From a virus (taxonomy: Duplodnaviria; Caudoviricetes): a DNA stretch of 34,512 bases. This document shows, in pieces, positions 7,207 through 15,797 of the stretch (the stretch's first letter is position 1; every line of letters starts with the position of its first letter). The DNA is taken from the IMG/VR virus record IMGVR_UViG_3300037457_000050, positions 1 to 34,512 of that record; one strand, given 5' to 3'. The position numbers were made by a program, and so were the translations under genes. The notes under the pieces were generated by a model. It ran no database searches. It saw only the letters and a program-made list of their open reading frames with translations, and was not told the DNA's origin.

Positions 7207-7702
7207 CGGTCTCCCCCTTCGTAGCGCGAGCCCGAACAGTGGCGCAGGGCCACATCTCGCCGCAGCCCTCGTAGATCCGGCGGCCGGAAGACCATCCGCA
7301 GTACAGCACCCCGTCATCGCTGAACGGCTTGTGGACCACCGGCGGGTGCGCCGTGCACTCCGGGCGGACCATGACCCCAGCGGTGGGACAGGTGACGTGA
7401 TGGGCGTGCGTGTTCGGCTTGGAGATCCGGCCACCGGTCAGCTCTCCGTACACCCGACTCACTTCGCCCATGATCAGGTAGTAGTCGTGCAGCTCGTCGC
7501 GCACCTTGGCCTCATCAAGGCGGCCGTCGGTGGTCACCAGGTCGGCCCAGAACCGTTCGAACGTGGCTGCCGGGTCCCCATCGCGGAGCTTGCCGGCGGC
7601 GGCCAGCGCGTCTAGCACCGCCACGGCGTGCGGGATGCCATCAGCCCCGTACCAGGCGCTGACCACCAGCTCCACGGTGGCCGGGTCGTAGCGGTCAGCC
7701 AT
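7196..7702 (-). CDS. Hypothetical phage protein
   Basis: FWADLV..DGRLD..KVRDELHDY..V..VY..LTGGRISKPNT domain and C-terminal WPCAT motif. Confidence 0.75.
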   Translation of the reverse strand: MADRYDPATVELVVSAWYGADGIPHAVAVLDALAAAGKLRDGDPAATFERFWADLVTTDGRLDEAKVRDELHDYYLIMGEVSRVYGELTGGRISKPNTHAHHVTCPTAGVMVRPECTAHPPVVHKPFSDDGVLYCGWSSGRRIYEGCGEMWPCATVRARATKGETDVG

Positions 7703-8111
7703 GATCATCCCCCTTCGCCTGCAGCACCCACTCATCCATAGCAGGCGTCACCAGCCCACCGGTCACCTCGGGGCGGAACCGTAGGTCCCACACCGGCGGC
7801 CCGGACGGGCCGGTCGGACCGATGGGCCAGACTTGGGCCAGGTCCCGCAGCGGCAGGGCGTGGTCCAGCAGGATCGCCACGGCGTGCCAGGCGGCACCGG
7901 GCGAGCCGACGATCCGCACGGTCGGGTATGGGTAGCAGTGGCCGGGACTGGCGTCGCACGACTCCACCAGGCCGACGCCCAGCGGAGCGCCGAGTCGCTG
8001 TAGCAGGTCCACTACGTGTGCGATGCCCAGGTCTAGCGGGCACTCCGGCGCGATCCGGCGGGCGGTCATGAGCGCCCGTGCCCTGGCCTGGTCGTGGTCA
8101 GCCGACGGCAT
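7695..8111 (-). CDS. Hypothetical phage protein
   Basis: PLDLGI..V...ESC....GH.YP.PTVR motif; GGAGG RBS. Confidence 0.7.
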   Translation of the reverse strand: MPSADHDQARARALMTARRIAPECPLDLGIAHVVDLLQRLGAPLGVGLVESCDASPGHCYPYPTVRIVGSPGAAWHAVAILLDHALPLRDLAQVWPIGPTGPSGPPVWDLRFRPEVTGGLVTPAMDEWVLQAKGDDHG

Positions 8112-8334
8112 CTCGCACCTCCATGGCGATGGCGGCACCATCCTCGATGCTGGCGCCCGGGTCTGCCCGGCCGCGTGCAAGCAGCCGCGCGGCGATCTCC
8201 TCGGCCACCTCCCGGCGGCAGTCCCGACACGGGCCGGCCAACTCGGTGGGGCGGCGGACCGGCAGCGCCGGCGGGGGCGGCGCCGGCGGCAGCATGGTCT
8301 CGATCCGCTGGCCGCGGTCGTAGCGGTCAGGCAT
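8098..8334 (-). CDS. Hypothetical protein
   Basis: GGAGG RBS; overlapping stop/start. Confidence 0.6.
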   Translation of the reverse strand: MPDRYDRGQRIETMLPPAPPPPALPVRRPTELAGPCRDCRREVAEEIAARLLARGRADPGASIEDGAAIAMEVRDAVG

Positions 8335-8566
8335 CGGGCACCTCCCCGTCGTCCGCGCTGTGAGCGCGCCACCACCGGTCCACCAAGCGCATCATGAGCA
8401 GCCCGGCAGCGGTCGGCATTGCTATCACGATCACCAACGCCGCCGGCCAGGGCAGAAGCAACACCACTAGCCACATCAGCGCCACGACCGCTGCCCCGCC
8501 GCCGGCTACGGCGAGGGCGAACTCCTTCAGGTCGAGGTCGTCCATCGTCGGCCGCCGCTCAGGCAT
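8327..8566 (-). CDS. Small membrane protein (2 TM)
   Basis: Hydrophobic core; GGAGG RBS before ATG 8566. Confidence 0.7.
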   Translation of the reverse strand: MPERRPTMDDLDLKEFALAVAGGGAAVVALMWLVVLLLPWPAALVIVIAMPTAAGLLMMRLVDRWWRAHSADDGEVPDA

Positions 8567-8921
8567 CTCGCACCTCCGGGGGCTCGGGTGGGGCGGCGGA
8601 CAGCCGGCCATGGTCGGCCAGCAGCGACCGCCACGGCTTGACGCACAGGGTCGGGTGCCACACCCGGCCCTGGGCGGCCGGTGCCTGCCACACCAGCCGC
8701 CAGTGACCGGGCACGTCCCGCTCCCACCGGCAGCCGTGCCCGTCGTCCACCGCAACCACCTCCGGGCCGGGCTCGGCCGGCAGCTCCCACGTGGTCGGGG
8801 CGGCGTCCAACTCGGCGGCCCGGCGGCGGAGCCACTGCCTGATGTGCGCGGGCAGGTCAAGCTGGTCGGCAGCCCAGCGCAACGCGGCACTGTGCGTGGC
8901 CGGCTCGTGGGTGGTGGTCAT
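8559..8921 (-). CDS. Hypothetical protein
   Basis: GGAGG RBS; ATGA overlap. Confidence 0.7.
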   Translation of the reverse strand: MTTTHEPATHSAALRWAADQLDLPAHIRQWLRRRAAELDAAPTTWELPAEPGPEVVAVDDGHGCRWERDVPGHWRLVWQAPAAQGRVWHPTLCVKPWRSLLADHGRLSAAPPEPPEVRDA

Positions 8922-9262
8922 GGTCCCTCCGTCTCGGTCTGGGTGGTGGCCGGCTCCGGGCGTGGCTCCTCTGCGCCGGCCAGCTTCGCGCTCAGCTGGG
9001 CGTACAGCAGCCGCGAGCGTTCCTTGTCGCGGACGTACTCACCTGCTGCGGCGAGCGCCTGCCCGATGGTGGGGTGATACTTCGCCACCTCCTGCCCGAC
9101 GACGGAGCCTCCGCCGGTCCACACCGCCCACGACCCGCTGCCCTGCGCGCCGTGTTCGTGCACGGAGACGGCTGTCTCGCCGCAGCGGACCTCGACCCGA
9201 GTCGGCGTCTCGACGACTCCGGGCAGGACCAGATACAGATACAGGGAGATCCCCTCAGTCAT
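8918..9262 (-). CDS. Hypothetical protein
   Basis: GAGGAG RBS; coupled. Confidence 0.7.
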   Translation of the reverse strand: MTEGISLYLYLVLPGVVETPTRVEVRCGETAVSVHEHGAQGSGSWAVWTGGGSVVGQEVAKYHPTIGQALAAAGEYVRDKERSRLLYAQLSAKLAGAEEPRPEPATTQTETEGP

Positions 9263-9584
9263 GGTTGGGCTCCTCTCCGCCGGCTGGGGCCGGCTCCGGG
9301 CGATCGGGTGGAGTCAGGAGACCGGCCATACGCCGGACAGCCCGCATCACATCCTCCTCAAGACGGAGCACCACCTCCGGTGACCAGTGATGCTCGACCA
9401 GCCCCACATACGCGGCAGCCGCCTCGACCAGCACCTTTAGGGCGTCCCAGTCCTCCGCGTGCCCAGCCGCACGCTTCATGGCCGCGCTGGTGCGTTCGAC
9501 CCACGCCGACCGGCCGTCCCACGCGCTGCGGTATCGCCGGTACTGCTCAGACAGTCGGGTCAGCTCACCCGGCATCGTCGCCAC
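9255..9584 (-). CDS. Hypothetical protein
   Basis: Coupled helical-looking ORF; start uncertain (9584 or 9575). Confidence 0.65.
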   Translation of the reverse strand: MATMPGELTRLSEQYRRYRSAWDGRSAWVERTSAAMKRAAGHAEDWDALKVLVEAAAAYVGLVEHHWSPEVVLRLEEDVMRAVRRMAGLLTPPDRPEPAPAGGEEPNHD

Positions 9585-11340
9585 CTCCGTCCGGCTCCGG
9601 GCTGCCGGGGACGGGGCGGGTGCCGGCGGGGACCTCGCCCGCCGTGCCTAAGATCCATTCCGGCACGTTGATGCGATCGGACAGTCGGCGTATCTCCGTG
9701 GCGAGCCAGGCGCCGAAGTCGGCGGCGGCGTCCCGGCGGGCGGTGGCCTCGACCTCGGCGAGCCGGTCGACTGGCACCCACGACAGGCGCATGTCCGGGT
9801 TGGTGCGGATCGTTTCCTGCATCCGGGCGATGGTTTCCCGGTCGTACACTCTCCGCTGCTCCAGCCGGTCGCATTCGCTGCGGACGCCGACCAGCTCCTC
9901 CTCCAGCCGGGACACCTCGGCGCGTAGCCGCTCCACATCCCCGGTGGCCCCGGCCAGCCGCACCGCCAGCCGGCTGGACGCCACACGGTAAGACCCCCGG
10001 TCGGCGACCACCACGGCCAGCTCGGCGGTCAGCTTGGCATGGTCGGCAGCCCACTGGCCGGCCAGACTCCGGCGCACCTCGGCCAGCTCCGCGCGAGCGG
10101 CCTCCCGCTCGCCCTCCAGCATCTTCTCCACGCGCACCCCGTGAGCCAAGATGCGCAGGGCAGCATCCAGCTCGCCGCGGGCGGCGTTGCGCTCGGCCAA
10201 CGCATCGTAGAGCTGGGCGCTTCGGACATCCAGTGCCCCGACGTACAGGTCCAAGTCGGCGAGCAGGGCCAGCACCTGATCCCGCAGCTCCCGCCCCCGC
10301 TCCGGGCTGATCAGCTCGGCATCCAACACCTCACCGGCCAACCCGGCGGCGAGTGCGACGATCGTCTTCCGGTCCCATCCGGGGCCGCCGGCCGGCTCGG
10401 CCGGGTGGTTCTCCGGCGGCTCCAGGCATCGCAGGCACGGATCGCCGGTCGGCTTCAACCCACAGCTGTACGGGCCGCGCGCTGCACCGGTTGCCGCCGG
10501 ATGCCACTCGACTGCTGGGACTGTGGCCGGCCGGTCGGCGTCTCCGGCCGGCTGGGCGGGCGCAGCGTCATGCTCAGCTTCCCGCCTGCCGCAGTACGTG
10601 CTGTCCGTTCGGTCGCTGCGATAGGTGCACTCGTCGTCGTCAGGGTGTCCGCTAACTGCCTGGAACTCGTGCCCCAGGGGAAAGTCGAGCCGGACGCAGA
10701 TCGGGTCTGAGTGGTACTGCCCCGCGTCGTTGACCCCACAGCCGCAGTGTGGACTCGCGTGAGAAGCGGCCGGCTGGGCGGGCGCGGCGGGCGGCTCCGG
10801 CTGGTCGGCCCACGGGGTGAGCTCGCCCGTCTCGATCCGGTGCGCGTCGATCTCCAGCGCGCTGGCGCAGACCCGCATGGCGTCCGCCACGTCCGCCTGG
10901 CCGGTGTGCCGCTGGAACTCGGCGGCGTCGCGGAGCTGGCCTGCCTTCCACCGCAGCGCACCGGCCCACACGCGGCGGCACAGCGCATCCTCCAGCACCA
11001 CCACTGGCACCTGCTCGGGCTCCGGCTCCGGACACCACTGGCAGTCGGCGACCGGCCGTTGGCCCCCGTGACGGGCGACGTGCTCCACCAACTGCTCAGC
11101 CGGGGTCGGGGTCACCGGCTGGCCGGCTCGGGGGCCGCTGGCGTGCACCGCCGGGGCCGGGGTCGTAGCGGTCCGGCCGCCGGTCGGCTCGCCCAGCTCC
11201 ACCCCGGACGCCTCGACGGTCGGCGGCGGGGGCGCGGTCACGCCACGCTCGCCACGGTCGAACGCGGCGGCAACGTCATCCGGTCGCTCGTCCGACTCGT
11301 GGAACTCTCCCGGCTGCGGGGTCGGGTCGGTGGCGGTCAT
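9565..11340 (-). CDS. Large mosaic protein with Pro/Ala linkers, Cys/His modules and C-terminal coiled coil
   Basis: ATG 11340 in ATGA overlap with GAGGAG RBS; 591 aa. Confidence 0.75.
   Translation of the reverse strand: MTATDPTPQPGEFHESDERPDDVAAAFDRGERGVTAPPPPTVEASGVELGEPTGGRTATTPAPAVHASGPRAGQPVTPTPAEQLVEHVARHGGQRPVADCQWCPEPEPEQVPVVVLEDALCRRVWAGALRWKAGQLRDAAEFQRHTGQADVADAMRVCASALEIDAHRIETGELTPWADQPEPPAAPAQPAASHASPHCGCGVNDAGQYHSDPICVRLDFPLGHEFQAVSGHPDDDECTYRSDRTDSTYCGRREAEHDAAPAQPAGDADRPATVPAVEWHPAATGAARGPYSCGLKPTGDPCLRCLEPPENHPAEPAGGPGWDRKTIVALAAGLAGEVLDAELISPERGRELRDQVLALLADLDLYVGALDVRSAQLYDALAERNAARGELDAALRILAHGVRVEKMLEGEREAARAELAEVRRSLAGQWAADHAKLTAELAVVVADRGSYRVASSRLAVRLAGATGDVERLRAEVSRLEEELVGVRSECDRLEQRRVYDRETIARMQETIRTNPDMRLSWVPVDRLAEVEATARRDAAADFGAWLATEIRRLSDRINVPEWILGTAGEVPAGTRPVPGSPEPDGGGDDAG
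10545..10785. repeat. 19-bp direct repeat flanking an in-frame module
   Basis: CGGCCGGCTGGGCGGGCGC at 10545-10563 and 10767-10785, 222 bp apart. Confidence 0.8.
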
Positions 11341-11666
11341 CGGGGGGTCTCCTCGGCGGCAAGCGGGGTGCATCCACACTGGCGGCATATCGCGTCGCGA
11401 CCCAATGACTTGGGCGGCTCGGTGATGCCGGCATTAACCAGCAGGCTCCGGCGCTGCCGCATGGTGGCGCAGCCTGGGCAACCGCCAACTGTTGGCGCGT
11501 CGGAGCCGGGGACGGTGACGAAGTGGTCCATGGACCACTCGCAACCGGGCTCGTTACAGTGCACGGCCACGGTGTCGGCCGGCTCGGCAGCGGCATGGAC
11601 GAGCAAAACGTCGTGCCCGCTGGCGACGTGCCGTAGCAGGTTCTGCGCAGCAACATAGGTAGTCAT
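11337..11666 (-). CDS. Hypothetical zinc-binding protein
   Basis: TGATG overlap; CNEPGC, CPGC and CRQC motifs. Confidence 0.65.
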   Translation of the reverse strand: MTTYVAAQNLLRHVASGHDVLLVHAAAEPADTVAVHCNEPGCEWSMDHFVTVPGSDAPTVGGCPGCATMRQRRSLLVNAGITEPPKSLGRDAICRQCGCTPLAAEETPR

Positions 11667-11887
11667 CAGTGGGCGTCCTCTCGGGTGGTGGTGGCTCCGC
11701 ACCGGCACTTGCAGGTGCCGGGCCGGATCAAGATGGCGCCACATCGGCAGCGGCAGCGCGGCGGGAAGACGTTCCGCCAGTGCGGGTGGTCGGCCGGCAG
11801 GGCACACCGGTGCTGGATCCTGGACGGCAGTCGCACCCACGACAACGGCCAGCGGTGGCCGCACAGCCCGGCGGTGGTCGTGGTCAT
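11666..11887 (-). CDS. Small Cys-rich hypothetical protein
   Basis: HRCALPADH..CRCRCGA motifs; ATGA overlap. Confidence 0.6.
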   Translation of the reverse strand: MTTTTAGLCGHRWPLSWVRLPSRIQHRCALPADHPHWRNVFPPRCRCRCGAILIRPGTCKCRCGATTTREDAH

Positions 11888-12177
11888 CGGCGCCGGTCCC
11901 GGTCATCCTCGCCACCGTCGCCGGGGCGGGAGCCGTCGCGGATCTGCGCAGCGCCCAGCTCGGCCAAGCGCAGCCACAGGCCTCCGACCAGGTCAATGCT
12001 GAACTCAGCAATGCTCAGCGGCATCTCGCCCAGCAGTCGGGCCAGCAGCCGGCCGGCCGTGTCGAGCGCCCGGGCGCGGATCTCCTGCTCCGGGGTCAAC
12101 GCCGCGGCCCGCGGCAGCGGCTTGGGTACGGCCGGGCCGACGGTGGGCGGTGGGTCGGGTGGCTTGTGGGTGGTCAT
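11884..12177 (-). CDS. Hypothetical protein
   Basis: ATGA overlap; GAGGA RBS; EQEIRARALDTA motif. Confidence 0.65.
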   Translation of the reverse strand: MTTHKPPDPPPTVGPAVPKPLPRAAALTPEQEIRARALDTAGRLLARLLGEMPLSIAEFSIDLVGGLWLRLAELGAAQIRDGSRPGDGGEDDRDRRR

Positions 12178-12356
12178 CGTGGGTCCTCTCGGTTGGTTTC
12201 GTCCGGCAGTCCGCACTGGCCGAGGTGGTGCCGCCGACGGCGGACCAACTCACCATCCACGGCAACTCCCATCGACACCGGCCAGCCGATAGGGCAGCGG
12301 CACACCGCCGCCGGGTTGGCCGCCGGCAGGCCCCGGCGGCGGGTACGGTCAGCCAC
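12174..12356 (-). CDS. Small hypothetical protein
   Basis: GGAGG RBS; GTGGCTGA overlap. Confidence 0.6.
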   Translation of the reverse strand: MADRTRRRGLPAANPAAVCRCPIGWPVSMGVAVDGELVRRRRHHLGQCGLPDETNREDPR

Positions 12357-12600
12357 GGCTGACCTCCGCCTTCGTCATGGTCACCTTTCGCTCCCCTCGT
12401 TGATCTCGTTGGTCCAGCAGTTCAGCGAGCCCGTCCAGCACGGGCGCCCCTCCCCCGGTCCTCACCGGTGCCCTCACCCGGACCCGGTGAGGCAGCAGCC
12501 CCCGCCGTTCGGCGCACACCGGCCCGTACCCGTCGTAGGTCACCCCGGTGGGCACCGGGTGGTAGCAGCCACGGCACGCCGGTGGCGGATCGGTGGTCAT
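12349..12600 (-). CDS. DUF6011-like zinc-ribbon protein
   Basis: CRGCYHP....GYGPVCA motif. Confidence 0.65.
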   Translation of the reverse strand: MTTDPPPACRGCYHPVPTGVTYDGYGPVCAERRGLLPHRVRVRAPVRTGGGAPVLDGLAELLDQRDQRGERKVTMTKAEVSRG

Positions 12601-12839
12601 GGCTCATCCGTCACCCACCCCTCGGAACACCCCTCCGGACACGCCGCTGACCCCTCACACCAGTCACACCGGACCACGTCGTCCGGTCCACCCGTCCCGT
12701 GGCACTCCGGGCACCTGCCGCCCTGGCAGCCGGAGCACAGCCACGCGCACCGCCCGTCGTGTCCGTCGTCCAGGGCGCAGCAGCCCCAGTCGTCCACGTC
12801 GGCCGGACCCTGGCCGGGTACCGGATGCTGCACGCTCAT
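12597..12839 (-). CDS. DnaJ-like CxxCxGxG zinc-finger protein
   Basis: CSGCQGG, CPECHGTG and CDWCEGS; ATGA overlap. Confidence 0.65.
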   Translation of the reverse strand: MSVQHPVPGQGPADVDDWGCCALDDGHDGRCAWLCSGCQGGRCPECHGTGGPDDVVRCDWCEGSAACPEGCSEGWVTDEP

Positions 12840-13015
12840 GCCGCCTCGCCCCCTTCGCTGCGGCGCCAGTAGGTCGGCGACACGGGGCACAGCTGGCAAG
12901 CCCTCACGTACGGCCGTCCGGTCCAGTCGGGGGCGTGCCGACCGCAGCACTGGCCGGGTGGGGCGTTCGGATCAGCGGCGGTCACCCGCAGCTCCGCCAG
13001 ATCAACTCCACGCAT
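12836..13015 (-). CDS. Small Cys-rich protein (59 aa, below ORF-track cutoff)
   Basis: Translated by hand: MRGVDLAELRVTAADPNAPPGQCCGRHAPDWTGRPYVRACQLCPVSPTYWRRSEGGEAA; ends in ATGA overlap. Confidence 0.65.
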   Translation of the reverse strand: MRGVDLAELRVTAADPNAPPGQCCGRHAPDWTGRPYVRACQLCPVSPTYWRRSEGGEAA

Positions 13016-13175
13016 CGGCTTCCACCTCTCGCGTCAAAGTCGTGTCCCTGCTATCGACCGGTGCCGCGACGGGCTGGGCAGCCGGGCAGTCCGGGCAGTC
13101 GCACGGCACCCCGGGTTCGCACCCCACTCGGACTAGGAAGTCGTTGGCCAGCCACGTCTCACAGACCACCATCAC
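13002..13175 (-). CDS. Small hypothetical protein
   Basis: GTGA overlap with the primase stop; GGAGG RBS; CDCPDC. Confidence 0.55.
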   Translation of the reverse strand: MMVVCETWLANDFLVRVGCEPGVPCDCPDCPAAQPVAAPVDSRDTTLTREVEADAWS

Positions 13176-14785
13176 AGCCCTCCCCCATCCGGAACGCCGA
13201 GCGCCCACTTCCACGGCCAGTCATGCGGATCGCCGTAGGTCAGAAACCCCGGCCAGTTCCGGTCATCCCGGCCGCCCCGCCACGGCACCACCTCAACGTC
13301 GATCGGACGGCCACCGATCATGCGCGGCGGGTCTCCGGCGGGCCGAATCCCGAGGCCGAACTCGGGCCAGCGCAGCAGCAAGCTGGACCCGGCGGGACGG
13401 ACCTGCCGCTTTAGGCCAGACTCGCCATGCCCGGCGTGTGCCTCGGTGACCAGCGCGCAGTCCACGGCGGTCCGCACCCGGTCGAGAACGGCAACGACCC
13501 TCCGGGCCGGCAGCTCATCGTTCATGTTTGCGTTATGGAGCCGGTAAAACGGGCCGATGAACAGCACGTCCGGCCGGTGGGCGGTGACCCGTTCCATGAG
13601 CCAGTTCTCCCACTCGTCACGGGTCAGGTCGACGCCCTCGGGCTTGTGGATCAGGCGTAGACCACCGCCCGGGACCCGGTGCTGGTGCTTGATCGACGCT
13701 GCCGCTAGTGGACGGAACTTGCGGCGTGACTGGCGGACCGAGTTTTCGCAGTCAATGAACAGCACCCGGTGCGGACGGCACTCGCCGTGCCGGTGCCAGT
13801 AGAACGGGTGCAGCCCGGCGGCGATCATCACCGCCATCTGCCGCGTGACCATGCTCTTGCCCAGACCCTCGAACCCGGTCAAGATCAACCGGTCTCCCCG
13901 TTCCAGAATGTCCGGAACGATCCAGTCGTACGCCTCGTCTGGGGTGGCGATGAACTCCCACAGGTCTGGCGCCAAGTCAGGCTTGGCCTCTTCCTCGCTG
14001 GAAAAGGTCTGCTCCAGCTCGGCGAGGCTGTGTCCCGCAGCAACGTGGTCCGTTGCGTCCTTGCCCGCCCTGGCCTCGACGATGTAGACCGCGCCCACCA
14101 ACCCGAGCAGCGCGTCGCGGACCTTTCTGGCGTGCGCCCGGCCCGGGTCGTCCCGGTCGGCGACGATCGTCACCACCGCCGCGCCCTTCAGCATGTCGCT
14201 GTATTCGTCCCGCCACTTGCCGGCGCCGCCCGGGTTGCAGGTGGCGACCAGGCCGTGCCGCTCCAGCGTGTGGACGTCCTTCTCGCCCTCACACAGGTAC
14301 ACTTCACGGCCCTCAGCGACCGCCGCCAGCACTAGCGGCAAGCGGTACAGGACGCGTCGGATATCGCCGAGCTTCCACGCCCAACCGCCCTTGGCCGACG
14401 GGTCCGGGACCCGCTGGCGGAAGTCTTTGTTTGCGGTCCGGCACACCTGGAACAGCAGCTCGCCGTTCTCGTCGCGGTAGTCGTAGACCGCGACCGCCGG
14501 CCCGGCGGGTGTCCAGTCGTCGCTGCCGTTGCTGGACTGGTCACGCGGTTTGGACAGGTCTTCCCAGGTCAGACCGAGCGCGGTTAGCACGTCCCGCGGG
14601 TCGCAGCCGGCCTGGCAGTGGAACACCACCGGGTGCTTCTCGCCGGGGCCGATGGTCAGGCTCGCGGTGTGGTCTTCGTGGGCCGGACACCGGACCACGA
14701 AGCCAGCCCCGGACCGGCGGACCGAGTGAAACTTCGGGAGGACGATCTCCCGTAGCGGGTCAGCGGGGATCAATTGTCCCACCAC
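13172..14785 (-). CDS. Bifunctional DNA primase (Zn finger + TOPRIM) / AAA_25 RepA-type helicase
   Basis: CPAHEDHTASL..FHCQAGC; LCEGEKD..ADRDDPG; Walker A GFEGLGKS; VLFIDCEN; GAGGA RBS before GTG 14785. Confidence 0.9.
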   Translation of the reverse strand: MVGQLIPADPLREIVLPKFHSVRRSGAGFVVRCPAHEDHTASLTIGPGEKHPVVFHCQAGCDPRDVLTALGLTWEDLSKPRDQSSNGSDDWTPAGPAVAVYDYRDENGELLFQVCRTANKDFRQRVPDPSAKGGWAWKLGDIRRVLYRLPLVLAAVAEGREVYLCEGEKDVHTLERHGLVATCNPGGAGKWRDEYSDMLKGAAVVTIVADRDDPGRAHARKVRDALLGLVGAVYIVEARAGKDATDHVAAGHSLAELEQTFSSEEEAKPDLAPDLWEFIATPDEAYDWIVPDILERGDRLILTGFEGLGKSMVTRQMAVMIAAGLHPFYWHRHGECRPHRVLFIDCENSVRQSRRKFRPLAAASIKHQHRVPGGGLRLIHKPEGVDLTRDEWENWLMERVTAHRPDVLFIGPFYRLHNANMNDELPARRVVAVLDRVRTAVDCALVTEAHAGHGESGLKRQVRPAGSSLLLRWPEFGLGIRPAGDPPRMIGGRPIDVEVVPWRGGRDDRNWPGFLTYGDPHDWPWKWALGVPDGGGL

Positions 14786-15723
14786 CCGGATTCCTCGGGG
14801 GCCGTGGCGGGAGCCGGTTCGTCGGCCCACCGCTCGCCGTTGATCCATCCCTGCGCCATCTTGACCTTCGAGGGCTCGGTCTGCTCGCGGCGCATCCGCT
14901 GGGCGTAGCGGGCAGCGCCTGCGATCATCACGTCCGGGTCGATCTTCTTCTTCACGACCGCGGCCACGAACGCCTTGCGGGCGTCCGCCTTGCCATCTCT
15001 GCGCGGGAAGGCGGTCCAGAACTCGACCCACTTCGGATCTTCGTCGCTGCCTACCGCCGGTGCCTTGATCGGCTGGCCGTCGAGCAGTAGGCCGCCGGCT
15101 TCGACGTGGCCTGGTGGAGATGTATTGGGGGAAGGGGATTCGGGGATCGGGGAGTCACTACTCCCTCTCCGTACCACTCCCCGTTCCCCGGGAGTGCCGG
15201 TCGAAGGGTTCCCGGAAGGGGTGGCGGAAGGGTTCCCGGAAGGGTTCGCCCGCCCCTCCGGGTAGGGGTTCCCTATGGCCTCAAGCATCTGGGCGATGAT
15301 CGGCCCGGAGTCTTTCGGCATCTCCAGCTTCTGGATCCGCCGCAGCTCCTCGGCGAGCACGAAGCGGATCGACCGGCTACGAACGGTCGGCAACGTGTCG
15401 GCAGCTGACCGCAGTACGTTGGGCTGCCGGAACACCTTGTCCCGCCTGATCAGCGCCCTGACCAACAGCTCCTCGGTGTCGAAGTCCAGAACCACCTTCT
15501 CCGCCGCCACCAGCTCCTCCAGGTCCGCCAATACTTCGGCCTCAGTCAGGTCAGCCGCGGCGCTGGCCCACCGCCGCATCCGCAGCCCGAGCACGCCCGT
15601 GTGCGCCAAGTCCGGCTGCGACAGGAGGAAGAAGTACGTCCCCTGCGCCCGCCGGGTCAGCCCGGTGAAGTCCGAGTCAACATCCCAGATGTCCACGGTG
15701 ATCCGTGCCTCGCTACGTGCCAC
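14770..15723 (-). CDS. Phage replication initiator-like protein with internal iteron array
   Basis: N-terminal MAR..RI..DIW..DF..L...AQ..YFFLLSQPDL; repeat linker; C-terminal FWTAFPRRDGKADARKAF..WINGERWADE; AGGAG RBS. Confidence 0.75.
   Translation of the reverse strand: MARSEARITVDIWDVDSDFTGLTRRAQGTYFFLLSQPDLAHTGVLGLRMRRWASAAADLTEAEVLADLEELVAAEKVVLDFDTEELLVRALIRRDKVFRQPNVLRSAADTLPTVRSRSIRFVLAEELRRIQKLEMPKDSGPIIAQMLEAIGNPYPEGRANPSGNPSATPSGNPSTGTPGERGVVRRGSSDSPIPESPSPNTSPPGHVEAGGLLLDGQPIKAPAVGSDEDPKWVEFWTAFPRRDGKADARKAFVAAVVKKKIDPDVMIAGAARYAQRMRREQTEPSKVKMAQGWINGERWADEPAPATAPEESGWWDN
15203..15274. repeat. 12-bp tandem iteron-like repeats (putative origin)
   Basis: GAAGGGTTCCCG / GAAGGGGTGGCG / GAAGGGTTCCCG / GAAGGGTTCGCC, then a degenerate copy at 15263-15274. 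Confidence 0.75.
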
Positions 15724-15749
15724 TTGCTCTCCTGTGCGGACGGTTGCGA

Positions 15750-15797
15750 TAAGGGTTCCCGGAAGGGGTGGCGGAAGGGTTCGGCTACGGGTTCCAT
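15750..15797. repeat. Second iteron array just upstream of the initiator RBS
   Basis: 32 bp at 15751-15782 identical to 15204-15235; four 12-bp units. Confidence 0.8.

Noticed and set aside
12836-13015. Apparent non-coding gap or frameshift
   Set aside because: Hand translation shows an intact 59-aa ORF below the track cutoff
15203-15797. Repeats as a CRISPR array or DGR template/variable pair
   Set aside because: Tandem 12-mers without spacers; the two copies are identical rather than adenine-diversified; no cas or reverse transcriptase in the window
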